From NCBI GenBank assembly GCA_000092065.1, contig CP000584.1: a DNA stretch of 64,000 nt. One strand, written 5' to 3'. The notes under the pieces are model-generated. The model ran no database searches. It saw nothing but the letters and a program-made list of their open reading frames with translations, and was not told the DNA's origin. This DNA is from Ostreococcus lucimarinus (taxonomy: Eukaryota). Below, one piece after another: positions 1 to 9,243 of the stretch; the stretch's first letter is position 1, and each line of letters starts with the position of its first letter. Both the position numbers and the translations under genes were made by a program.

Positions 1-241
1 GGACCATGAGTTGTACGACGTCGACGACGTTCGCGCGAAGGCGACAGCGGCGGCCAACGAACCAGTGGATGATAACGACTCTGACGACGACGATGGGTGG
101 CGATCGACGTGGGTGCACGGCGGATGGCTGAGCGAGAATCCAATCGGCATTCCTTCAGAACGCGAGGTGCAGACGCTCGGCGAAGGGCTTCCCGTGTACC
201 GAGTCATGCTCCGTCGCACCGAGAAAGCCTGTGCAAACTAA
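1..241 (+). CDS. 3' end of a gene that starts upstream of the window (partial; hypothetical protein)
   Basis: Reading frame is open from the window edge to the TAA at 239-241. It ends ...GWLSENPIGIPSEREVQTLGEGLPVYRVMLRRTEKACAN. No domain recognised. Confidence 0.3.
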   Translation, partial: DHELYDVDDVRAKATAAANEPVDDNDSDDDDGWRSTWVHGGWLSENPIGIPSEREVQTLGEGLPVYRVMLRRTEKACAN

Positions 242-265
242 TTCGATGTTACAATAATTTCTTTC

Positions 266-2821
266 CTATACGTTACTGGTCGACCCTCTGCTCGCCGAAG
301 TCGCCGCGCGTTGCCTCGAAGCTCGCGCTTCGATTAAACGCGAAGATGGCCCCGCCGCGCGCGGTTCGCTCGGCGCTCGCCGGGGACTGCTATTCGTCGA
401 GAGACGCTGGATGTATCCAAACAATCCGCCGTTATTTGGCGCGCTCGAGCGGACGTATTCGCCACGCGAACTCATCGAACCGGACAGCGGTCTCGCGCTC
501 AGCGGTCTGGAGCGATCGATTCGCGAACGATTCGAAGCCGGCGTCGTCGGCGTCGTCGGCACGATATCGAGCGCCACCGCACGCCGGCGCGCTGCAAGCG
601 GGCGTGGTGTTTGTGCTTGCGCGCCCGTCACTTTTTCCACGGAATGCGTCCTTCCATGTCGTGGCGATGGTTCCAAACGACCGTCCGCGGGCTTCCACTT
701 GTCGTCGTTTTGCGCGGAAATTCCACTCTGAAATTCCTTGCTCGCGCGAAGCGAGCTCTCGTTTTGCGTTCGCGATATGCTCGCGCGAGCGCTGTCGATG
801 CGTATACCCTCACGAGTTGCGATGTCTTGCACTAGAGTCTTACTCAATCCAGCGTGGGCCATGACTTCCCAAAACCCACGAATCATCTCACGCTGCTCGC
901 TGACTATTTGATCGCGAATGGCGAGCTGAAAGTGCAACTCCATGTTCTTCACCCCGACGAGCCTGTACTGTGAAAGAATTCGCAAGAAACTAGGCGATTT
1001 ACCTTCAGCGATCGCGGCGTCTATGCGCGATTGAATGGCGACTCGAACGAGTTCATTCGCTTCTATGTCTTTTCGGTACTTTGCGCCGAGGGATTCATTC
1101 GCGCGAATGGTTTCATCGATGGCGTCGATGCGCCCGCGAAGATTCCGTCGTTCGACGTTGTTCGGGTTCTTTTCTGTGATTTCCACCAGCCTGCGTTTGA
1201 GCGCCGAACGCTCGTACACGTTTTGTGCGTTGATATCTTCGAGCTCAAACAGTGCCTTTTGAATATTAATGCGCTCCTCGACGTTTTCATTTATATCGTC
1301 GCTCAACGCATCCAACCAAGCCTCGGAGAAAGAACCACCCCCGCTCATTCTCGGCTGACTCGTGCTCGGCGTCGCCTCTTTATTCGCCAACTGTGTCTTC
1401 AAACGCGCGACTTTCGATTGCAAATCATCAATCACGTGTTGATAATCGCCGATGTGATGCCGCTCGCGAGTGATGACGACGTTTTGCGCCACGTTGGTCT
1501 TGATCTCCTTCGCCCGATTGGCATATTTCAAGGTATTGATGGTGTGGTTGTACTGTTCGCTCGAAGCACTCACGGTGGCTATCATCGCTGTTCGTGAATT
1601 TCCCGACAAACCATCCTTCAACAGACGGGTCAACTTGGAATTGCGGTATGGGATGTACATGCGGCCCTTCGCCTTCGAGTTGCTGTGACGTCCCAGAGCG
1701 TTGATGCAGTTTGCCAATGCCAGTAAGCTCTTGTTGATATTCGCACCGTCACGGAGTTTCTGTCCGCAGTTTTGCGTGTCCGACGCTCGCTCGCTCCCTG
1801 CCAAATCAACCAAGGAGAGCTTGCCGCATAAAACGTGTTTCTCTTTGCCCTTGGCGCTCTTCTCCCAACGCTTCACGCTAATCTCTAAGACTGCGTGAGA
1901 ACGGCTACTCGTCGCGTTTGCTTCGGTGTGATCGATGCTACGACGCTCGTTACCTTCGTGCAAGAGTTTCGTGATGTCGTCCGGACCCTTGACTGCGATG
2001 CGCGTCAAGCCCATCGGAACTGGGCCGCGCTCGGGATCCTCGCGCAGTTCGAGCGGTGGGCTGTCAACGATGAGTAAATCGTAAATCAGCTCGTTGTACA
2101 CCTCCAAGTACGAGCACTTGACTTCGAATTCGTAGCTCTCGCGCAATGACTTGATTTGATCGAATATGTCAACGAGTGAAAGAAACATCATTCCCGGTTC
2201 ATCGTAGTTGCCGATCATCGTGTGCGTCTTGCCTGAACCCGTCGCGCCGTACGCGAACACGGTCGAGTTCATGCCGTTTACGACGCCCGATATCAAACCA
2301 CGACCAGTAGCGTCGTAGACTTCCGCATTCGTCGCCGTGTCGTTGAAGGCGACGTCAAAGGTGTATCGCCGCGCCTTGCTCCGCCGTTGCACTTGGTCCA
2401 AGTATGCTTTCTCTTCGTCGGGGTCCATCACGACCACTGTGTCGCGATTGACGACGCGTAATATGCTCTTCTTGCGACCAATTCCAGATAAGGACTGCAC
2501 CGAAGACGACAGTGCGTTCGTCGAGCTCGTTAAACGTGCGTTTGGCGTCGATACGGATGTAGCGCTACGCTCCGCGTTTTCGCCTCTCGCCGCGTTGTCC
2601 ACCGATACTTCAACTGGTCTCGTTCGCACTGCGACAAGAAGCTTGGCCGTCTGCGCCGACGGACTCGTCACTGGTCGTCGAGCTTGCTTTTCGACTCCAC
2701 GAAGCCGAGATGGTGGCACGCGGACGTATATAGAGTCATCAGAGGTCGACGTAGACGTGAGAGGTGTCTCAACTTGCGCACGCATCGAACCGTCGCGCGC
2801 AATAAGTCCACGCCGATCCAC
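266..2821 (-). CDS. Kinesin motor protein (kinesin-8/13-like), 851 aa
   Basis: Motor domain follows an approximately 110-aa N-terminal extension. P-loop VFAYGATGSGKTHTMIG, switch I NATSSRSHAV, switch II LVDLAGSERA, and IPYRNSKLTRLLKDGLSGNSRTAMIA. A minus-strand TGTAA lies about 12 nt past the stop (plus coordinates 249-253). Confidence 0.9.
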   Translation of the reverse strand: MDRRGLIARDGSMRAQVETPLTSTSTSDDSIYVRVPPSRLRGVEKQARRPVTSPSAQTAKLLVAVRTRPVEVSVDNAARGENAERSATSVSTPNARLTSSTNALSSSVQSLSGIGRKKSILRVVNRDTVVVMDPDEEKAYLDQVQRRSKARRYTFDVAFNDTATNAEVYDATGRGLISGVVNGMNSTVFAYGATGSGKTHTMIGNYDEPGMMFLSLVDIFDQIKSLRESYEFEVKCSYLEVYNELIYDLLIVDSPPLELREDPERGPVPMGLTRIAVKGPDDITKLLHEGNERRSIDHTEANATSSRSHAVLEISVKRWEKSAKGKEKHVLCGKLSLVDLAGSERASDTQNCGQKLRDGANINKSLLALANCINALGRHSNSKAKGRMYIPYRNSKLTRLLKDGLSGNSRTAMIATVSASSEQYNHTINTLKYANRAKEIKTNVAQNVVITRERHHIGDYQHVIDDLQSKVARLKTQLANKEATPSTSQPRMSGGGSFSEAWLDALSDDINENVEERINIQKALFELEDINAQNVYERSALKRRLVEITEKNPNNVERRNLRGRIDAIDETIRANESLGAKYRKDIEANELVRVAIQSRIDAAIAEGKSPSFLRILSQYRLVGVKNMELHFQLAIRDQIVSEQREMIRGFWEVMAHAGLSKTLVQDIATREGIRIDSARASISRTQNESSLRASKEFQSGISAQNDDKWKPADGRLEPSPRHGRTHSVEKVTGAQAQTPRPLAARRRAVALDIVPTTPTTPASNRSRIDRSRPLSARPLSGSMSSRGEYVRSSAPNNGGLFGYIQRLSTNSSPRRAPSEPRAAGPSSRLIEARASRQRAATSASRGSTSNV

Positions 2822-3032
2822 CGAGCGATGTTGTTATCAGCAAGTGTTTGTCGTTTGCGTAAAGCTCACGCGCGCGTGCGTCCAAGCTTGCATCGCATTG
2901 TGAAGCCACGCGCGGCAGTCAAACTCGGTCAACCGTGTTGACTTTTCGCCGCGACGACAAACTCACGCACACGTGGCAGCAAAATCACGCGCCCCGTGCG
3001 GGGAGGCCGGACGCGAATAAATAGTCAGCGTC

Positions 3033-3741
3033 TTAAAACGAAAGCGTTTGTAACTCGCGGTATAAACCCTGAAGCCGCCGTCGCCGCGCGTCCAACTCCG
3101 GCCGCCCGCTCGTCGTCGTCGCCGCCGCCGCTTCGCACTCCTCATCCGACGCGTCGTCCTCGTCGCATCGCGTTGCGTCGCGCGCACTCACCGACGCGGT
3201 CACACGTTCCTTCTCCACACACGCACCATCAGCTCGTTCACGCTTCAACCGCTCGACGTCTGCCGTCAGTCGCTCGACGTCCCTCGCGCGCGCCTCGCGT
3301 TCGGCGCGCAACGCCTCCCGCAGCGCGTCAACCTCTCCCCGCGTCGTCGTCATCGTCTCCGCGCTCACCAGCGTCGCGTTCCGCTGCACCGCATTCACGA
3401 CGAGTTCCAATAATCGATCCACTCTGGCGTCCATGCGCCGCTCAAACGCCGCGTGATCGAACGTCGTCGTCGTCGACGCGCCGCCGCCGCCGCGCGTCTC
3501 CTCCCTCGCGTCCCCGCCCGCGTCCTCCACCCGCGCCCGCACGCGCTCGACCACGTCCAGCGCCCCTGAAATCATCTCTTGATCTTCCTCTCGCGCGCAC
3601 TTGATGAGCTTGGCGAGCGCGTGCGTGCGCTGATGGCACTTTTCAACCGACATTTCAATCATTCGCAAGCGACGCTCGCGCGCGTCGTCTTCGCGCGCCT
3701 GCGCGTCTCGCGCGGCGCGCGCGCGGTCGTGGAGCTTATCT

Positions 3742-3776
<35 letters not shown>

Positions 3777-4091
3777 GCGCGCCGCGTCGTCGACGCCGTC
3801 GGGACCTGCCGGCGTCATAGTGTGACGCGTTCGTCGCGCGATGGCGCCGCGCGACGTCCTCATCGCGACGTTCGCGAGCGTCACCGGGTGCGCGGACCTG
3901 CGGTACTGCTCGCGCGGGCTGAAGGTGCGCGCGAGGACGCGCGAGGACGCGCGAGGACGCGCGAGACGCGGATTAAAGATGACGATGGCGACGCGATGGT
4001 TTTCGAATTCAACGACGACGCGACGACGCGCGCGCGACGCGAGAGCGCGAGGACGCGAACGCTGACGAACGCCGCGACGATTCGATTGCAA
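3033..4091 (-). CDS. Hypothetical coiled-coil protein with a poly-Thr tract
   Basis: C-terminal two thirds has heptad-like, charged coiled-coil character (VDALREALRAEREARARDVERLTADVERLKRE). The N-terminal part is Arg-rich and may be overcalled. Contains TTTTTTTTTT encoded by (CGT)n. Confidence 0.35.
3745..3776. repeat. (CGT)n / (ACG)n trinucleotide microsatellite, about 10 units, inside a CDS
   Basis: gtcgtcgtcgtcgtcgtcgtcgtcgtcgtcg seen directly. A 10-bp unit gcgcgaggac is also repeated three times at about 3931-3960. Confidence 0.8.
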
Positions 4092-4122
4092 ACAGGCGTG
4101 TAACGACGATTTAGACGCGGCG

Positions 4123-5193
4123 GTGGACGCGTTCTACAACGGGACGCTGGACGCGCGCGCGGCGTCTCTCGACGACGACGACGACGACGAGATCGATCGA
4201 ACGCGAGCGACGCGCGACGGCGCGAGCGGCGATCGCGTGGGCCGAAGAGGCGAGAACGCGGACGATGCGATGGTGATCAGCGACGGCGAAGGGACCATGG
4301 ATGAGGATTCGGATGATTATTGGGACGACGACGGGTCGTCGCCGATCGATTTGATGGGCGAGGACGAGGACGACCCGAGTGACGCGCGGATCTTTGGAAA
4401 TTCGGCCACGGTGAACGCGCGGATGGGACAAGATGCGTGGGGGGGAGATGCGAGAACTCGGGCGCGGATGGAGACGAGAGATCGACTTGGGTTCGGTGGT
4501 GCGGGGGCGTCGGCGTTCCAGGCTCGCGACGGCGGCGACATCGATTTACCGGACGGCATCGATCGCGAGGAGGCGCGAATGTTAGAGGCGGCCATGTTGG
4601 GTGTGGCGTACATTCCACCAGATAACGCAACGGCGAGTAGAATGGCAGATTACGGGCCGAGCGCGCCGGCGCCGGCGAGTGTTTTGAACGCGCGGTCGAT
4701 CACGACGGAGACGGATCGAGCGTACGAAGAGTCGCTGCGGGCGGATCGAGAGAAAGAGGCGCAACGACGGGCGGAGAAAATCGCGAAGGAAATGATTGAG
4801 GCAGAAAAGGCACAGGCGGAGGCGCGAGAAAAAGCCGAAAGAGAGGCCGAGGAAGCGGCGCGCGCGAAAATCGCCGCCGACGCCGCCGAGGCGCTGCCGG
4901 ACGAACCCAACATCGGGGACGACGACGTGGTGAACATTGCGTTTAGATTACCGGACGGTTCACGCGTGATGCGCCGATTTCTATCATCACACAGCGCACG
5001 AGCGCTGTTTTTGTTTATCGACGGTTACGAGAAGCTCCATGCTGGTAGTTCTCGGCTCGCTGTCGAGCCAGGGACGTACAGACTCGTCGCGCAACATCCT
5101 CGTCGGGTCATAGAAAGCGACGACGCGGGGACTATCGCGGAAGCGGGAATCACGCACAAGCAAGAGGCGCTGATGATTGACTTGCTCGGTTAG
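4123..5193 (+). CDS. UBX domain-containing protein (FAF2/PUX-like), 356 aa
   Basis: Acidic N-terminus, E/A/K-rich coiled coil, and a C-terminal UBX-like domain (DDVVNIAFRLPDGSRVMRRFLSSHSARALFLFIDGY...YRLVAQHPRRVIE). Confidence 0.75.
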   Translation: MDAFYNGTLDARAASLDDDDDDEIDRTRATRDGASGDRVGRRGENADDAMVISDGEGTMDEDSDDYWDDDGSSPIDLMGEDEDDPSDARIFGNSATVNARMGQDAWGGDARTRARMETRDRLGFGGAGASAFQARDGGDIDLPDGIDREEARMLEAAMLGVAYIPPDNATASRMADYGPSAPAPASVLNARSITTETDRAYEESLRADREKEAQRRAEKIAKEMIEAEKAQAEAREKAEREAEEAARAKIAADAAEALPDEPNIGDDDVVNIAFRLPDGSRVMRRFLSSHSARALFLFIDGYEKLHAGSSRLAVEPGTYRLVAQHPRRVIESDDAGTIAEAGITHKQEALMIDLLG

Positions 5194-5263
5194 ACTGTGA
5201 ACGCGATTAGCTATGCATTTTTATTAAAGTTCATCGAACGATATGCATGCACTATGCTTCCTA

Positions 5264-6781
5264 TTAATCTACTTTATCGCCGTGGCGGTTGAACACATCT
5301 CTCGGATTACTCCCCGGCATGACTCCGGGAGGTAACATGAACGATGTGATGGCCGCCACGATTGCGACTGTTGAATAGCCGATGAACACGATGTTGGTGT
5401 CGTGATACGATGCCCAATATGTCGTCACAAATGCCCCTCCCCGCGCGGCCATGTTCGCCCAACTGTGTCCCGTGGCGCGCACTTGCGTTGGATACGCCTC
5501 CGGAGAGATTAGCCAAGTGAGATTCCCTGCAATTGTCGCGCAAAGTCTCGCCAACATTGCAAAAACTACCATGATCACGTCGGGAACGTCTGTAATGATG
5601 ACTGGGAACGTCAACGCGAAGCCAGCAAAGAAGAAACTCATCAACTTTGAGCGACTGTAAATTTGAACGCAAAATAACGCCAAAAAGTTTGCCAAGAGTT
5701 CTCCGGCGCAAGACGCAAAGAGCGCCCAGTACGGGTACTCCGTCGACATTTCGGTCGTCTTTTTGTTCTTACCGTCCGCGAGCACTAAGAACGCTCGCGG
5801 CAAATAGAGCACGATTCCATAATAGATGAAGGTTTGCGCAAAGCTCACGATCCAAACCATCACCGTGCGCGCCGAATTCCCATCCTTGAACAACAGCGTC
5901 ACGTCCAGCGAGGCGTGCTCTTCCACCTCTAGCTCCATCTCTCCTAAGTCCACATCATTCATTTTTGCCGCTTTTGCAAGTATTTGCTCAGCCTCCTTGC
6001 GTCTGCCTTTGATGACGAGCCAGTTCGGGCTCTCGTCGACCCAATACAAACCGATGGAGCTCAAAAGCGGTGGAATCGCGCAGTACAAGCACAACATTCG
6101 CCAACCCTGACTCTCGAGCGTCGTCGCCGCTATCTGGAGCGTCATGAACGACCCGACCGTCCACCAAATCCACAATCCCATCATCACAACTCCCCGACTC
6201 GTGTTCGGACAAAACTCGCACAACAAATCGTACGGCACGCTGAAACCGCCGATGCCGACGCCGCACCCGAACCGAAACAATATCAACTGCGTCGACGATT
6301 GACTAAACGCCGAGGCGATCCCGAACGCAGTGACGAGGAACACACCCAACGCGAACGCCGGCCGTCGGCCCACGGCGTCGGCGATGAGCCCGAACAGCAC
6401 GCACCCCGCGACTTCGCCCAGGAACACGCTCCCCGCGATGTCATCCGCCTTCGCGGCGCTCAGTCCCCACTCCCGCTTACATTCGATCGTCAAGAACGAC
6501 AACAGATTTACCTCTATGCTCTCCGCCATGATGCACAGCCCGCAGACGCAGAACAGCCGCCACTGGTACGTCGACCAACCGAGCGCGTCTTTCATTTCCG
6601 CGACCGAGCGTTGCGTCGCCGACTGCGAATCGACGCGCGAGAGCGTCGCCGACCGCGGTTCGCTCGCCGAGCCGTCGGCGACGCCATCGTCGTCGTTCGT
6701 CGCGCCGGGGCGTTGCATGGCGCGACGCTCCGCGCGCGCGCGGCGATGGCGTCGGCGTAACACCCTGGCGCTAGGACGCAA
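5264..6781 (-). CDS. Major facilitator superfamily transporter (SV2/sugar-transporter-like), 505 aa
   Basis: Multiple TM segments, MFS signature GLIADAVGRRPAF, a central loop and second 6-TM half. The true start is probably M22 (MQRPGATN). Confidence 0.85.
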   Translation of the reverse strand: MRPSARVLRRRHRRARAERRAMQRPGATNDDDGVADGSASEPRSATLSRVDSQSATQRSVAEMKDALGWSTYQWRLFCVCGLCIMAESIEVNLLSFLTIECKREWGLSAAKADDIAGSVFLGEVAGCVLFGLIADAVGRRPAFALGVFLVTAFGIASAFSQSSTQLILFRFGCGVGIGGFSVPYDLLCEFCPNTSRGVVMMGLWIWWTVGSFMTLQIAATTLESQGWRMLCLYCAIPPLLSSIGLYWVDESPNWLVIKGRRKEAEQILAKAAKMNDVDLGEMELEVEEHASLDVTLLFKDGNSARTVMVWIVSFAQTFIYYGIVLYLPRAFLVLADGKNKKTTEMSTEYPYWALFASCAGELLANFLALFCVQIYSRSKLMSFFFAGFALTFPVIITDVPDVIMVVFAMLARLCATIAGNLTWLISPEAYPTQVRATGHSWANMAARGGAFVTTYWASYHDTNIVFIGYSTVAIVAAITSFMLPPGVMPGSNPRDVFNRHGDKVD

Positions 6782-6927
6782 CCACGGTCAAACACGGATC
6801 ACTCGTGACGAAACGCCGAAAAGGGCGCTTTTAACGCCGTCGACGCGACGCGTCGGTGACGACGCGGCGGTGGCGGGCGCGGGAAAGCGTGCGCTAACTC
6901 TAATGTGACCTACACGCGCGATTGGCG

Positions 6928-7905
6928 CTACCTATGACGACAGGGGGTCGTGGCGTCGACGCTACGCGCGTCGGGGGGCTCGGGACAGAGCATGTGTCCC
7001 ATGATGGGGACGCATTTGTCTCGGCACGCCCCGTACGCGACGCCGCGGACGCGAAAGTCGCGCGGTCGAGACGCGCCGATCCATATTTCGGCGATCGACG
7101 TCGGAGTGATCCCGAGGGTGTGCGCCCAGGCTAAGAGTTTGGGCGCGGCGCAATCCGCGCACCCGCACGGAAGCGCGGCGACGGGCGGATGAAACACGTC
7201 GCGAAGCGGACGAACTTGTCCACCGAGGCTCGGTAATTTATAACCTTCCCAGATTTTATCCTGCAACGCGCGCGATAAGGCTTTGCGCTCGGACTTCATG
7301 TCGTCGATGCGAGCGCGCAAGCGCGCCAAGATTTCGAGTTTCGGCGCGACGGCGGCGTCGCGCGCTTTCTTCAACGTCGACATCGCTCGTTTCGACGCGC
7401 GACTCTCTTCATCCAGCGTTTCGACGATCGCATCGCTCGCCCCGTCCGCTCTGGCTCTTCGTCTCGCCTCTTTCGCGCGTTTCGCCTCCGCCGCGAGCGC
7501 TTTCGCCTCGTCGTCTCGCGCCGCCGTCGCCTCGCGCACCTCGGCGCGCGTCATCCTCTCCTCCATCTCCGCCTTCGCGATGCGCTCGCTCAGCGCCTTT
7601 ATTTTCCCGTGTTCACTCTTGTAATACGCCGTATCGTGCGTCAGCTCCCCCACCGGCGGCGCCCATCCCTCGACTCTCCACTCGCCGAACAGTTGTCCGC
7701 TAAACGCCTTCAGCGTCACCCGCTCGCCCGTCGTCTTCCGCCTCCCCACCAGCGCGCCGATCATCTTCCCTCCCTCCGCCGTCTCTAAATATTTCGCATC
7801 GAACCGCGCGTCCGCGACCGTCGCGTCGTAATCCATCCTTCCGCTCGCCCGTATCCTCTCCGCGACGTCTCGCGCCGCCGCCTCCGCCTCCGCCGTCCTC
7901 GCCAT
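6928..7905 (-). CDS. Hypothetical protein with a C-terminal Cys-containing domain
   Basis: Non-low-complexity sequence runs from MARTAEAEAA... through KMIGALVGRRKTTGERVTLKAFSGQLFGEWRVEGW to ...ALPCGCADCAAPKLLAWAHTLGI...CRDKCVPIMGHMLCPEPP. The ORF-track N-terminal extension (7906-8700) is judged to be an antisense shadow of the bilin reductase gene. Confidence 0.4.
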   Translation of the reverse strand: MARTAEAEAAARDVAERIRASGRMDYDATVADARFDAKYLETAEGGKMIGALVGRRKTTGERVTLKAFSGQLFGEWRVEGWAPPVGELTHDTAYYKSEHGKIKALSERIAKAEMEERMTRAEVREATAARDDEAKALAAEAKRAKEARRRARADGASDAIVETLDEESRASKRAMSTLKKARDAAVAPKLEILARLRARIDDMKSERKALSRALQDKIWEGYKLPSLGGQVRPLRDVFHPPVAALPCGCADCAAPKLLAWAHTLGITPTSIAEIWIGASRPRDFRVRGVAYGACRDKCVPIMGHMLCPEPPDARSVDATTPCRHR

Positions 7906-7909
7906 GGCG
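7900..7909. other. 10-bp palindrome CGCCATGGCG supplying a Kozak-context ATG on both strands at a head-to-head gene junction
   Basis: Plus-strand ATG at 7904-7906 opens the bilin reductase ORF. Minus-strand ATG at 7905-7903 opens the 6928..7905 ORF. Confidence 0.6.
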
Positions 7910-9142
7910 TGTTCGCGTCCGCACCGCGCGCACGTCCCTCGACACGCGCGCGCGCGGTCGGTGTCGTCGTCGATCTCATCGCGCATCTTTCGCGCGTGTC
8001 GTTCCGCCGCGCGCGCGTTCGCGCGTCCCGCGGCGCGCGGTTCGTTCGTCGGTTCGTTCGTCGCGCGCGCGTTCGGTCGCGCCGTCGTCGCCGCGCGCGT
8101 CGCACGCGCGCGCCGGTCGCGCGCGCGCGTCGCCGACGCGTTCGCGAGCGCGCGCGCGCCGCGCGCGAGGCGCATCGCGCGGCAGCGCGCGCGCGCGACG
8201 GCGCGCGCGCGCGCGAGGGCGCGCGCGGCGACGGCGCCGACGCGCGCGCGGCGGCGCGAGGCGTCGAGCGCGCGCGCGCGCGACGACGCGCGGCGACGAC
8301 GCGCGACGCCGAAGATTCGCGTCGACGGCGACCGCGGGGCGCGGACGCGCGCGCGCGCGACGACGCTCGCGTGGCGAGGCGCCGAACGCGCGCCCGAGGG
8401 CTCGACGACGCGGCGCGCGGCGGAGGCGTTCGTCGCGCGATGGGAAGCGGCGGGGGCGAGGGCGAGCGCGCTGCCGGCGGCGATGACGTCGATGCGGCCG
8501 GGAAAAGACGCGGAGGCGAAGCTGTCGGTGGAGAACGCGGTGTACGAGAGCGACGTGTTTCGTAAGATGCACTGCGAGCTGGCGTGGGGCGACGGTGGGT
8601 TCGAGGTGCTGCACGTGGTGATGTATCCGTGGGCGGAGCGCGCGGCGCCGGTGTTCGCGGCGGACGTCGTCGGCTTCGGCGGACGCGTGTCGCTGTGCAT
8701 CGCCGACGTCGCGCCGGTGACGAAAGATTTGAGCCTGCCGAGATCTTACGTCGACGCGCTCGCGCCCGAGCTCGAACGCGCGCTCGGGGACGGGTTGACG
8801 CGACGCGAGCTCCCGGACTGGGGCCGCGCGATTCTCGGCCCGTTGTGCCTGTGCGTCGGTCCCAAAGTCGGCGACGACGCCCGAGCCGACGTCGACGCCT
8901 TCTTCCGCTACGCTTTCAAGCTTCACGACGCCAACTGCGCGCTCGCGAGCGCGCCCGAACTCATTCTTCCGAGCGATTCCTCCGTCGCGCTCGACGCCCA
9001 GGTTCGATTTTGCGAGCGTCAGCTCGAAAACGTCAAGACTCGCAGAGCGCTCGAGCGCGCCTTCGGCGTCGATCTCACCGATCGTTACATGCGTCAGGTC
9101 TTATTCGACGTCACCCCGTCCACGCCGCGCCGGCCGTCGTGA
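7904..9142 (+). CDS. Ferredoxin-dependent bilin reductase (PcyA/HY2/PebA family) with a long Ala/Arg-rich presequence
   Basis: FVARWEAAGARASALP...VENAVYESDVFRKMHCELAWGDGGFEVLHVVMYPWAERAAPVFAADVVGFGGRVSLCIADVAPV aligns with the PcyA core block (IENRLYQSPQFRKLHLELA...LDILHCVMFP). The first approximately 160 aa are Arg/Ala/Ser-rich and look like a transit peptide. Confidence 0.8.
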   Translation: MACSRPHRAHVPRHARARSVSSSISSRIFRACRSAARAFARPAARGSFVGSFVARAFGRAVVAARVARARRSRARVADAFASARAPRARRIARQRARATARARARARAATAPTRARRREASSARARDDARRRRATPKIRVDGDRGARTRARATTLAWRGAERAPEGSTTRRAAEAFVARWEAAGARASALPAAMTSMRPGKDAEAKLSVENAVYESDVFRKMHCELAWGDGGFEVLHVVMYPWAERAAPVFAADVVGFGGRVSLCIADVAPVTKDLSLPRSYVDALAPELERALGDGLTRRELPDWGRAILGPLCLCVGPKVGDDARADVDAFFRYAFKLHDANCALASAPELILPSDSSVALDAQVRFCERQLENVKTRRALERAFGVDLTDRYMRQVLFDVTPSTPRRPS

Positions 9143-9243
9143 CTCTCGCCGCGACGTTGTATTTATTACGCCCCTCCCCGTCTCGCCCGCGGCGTCTCGC
9201 GTTTATTTTCGTAACACCTTTCGCGATCCCACACATCGCGACG

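Noticed and set aside
97-864. 255-aa plus-strand ORF
   Set aside because: Antisense to the 3' end of the well-supported kinesin gene. Arg/Ser/Ala-rich with no motifs, the typical GC-rich shadow ORF.
7906-8700. N-terminal 265 codons of the 590-aa minus ORF (and the 7976..8926, 7909..8565, 7785..8105 ORFs)
   Set aside because: They overlap the bilin reductase CDS and presequence, whose conserved core is unambiguous. Composition is Ala/Arg-only.
8584-9243. 5' part of the 752-aa plus ORF
   Set aside because: Overlaps the bilin reductase in a different frame and is Arg-rich. A clean start MASSERTPLR exists at 9244 after the reductase stop.
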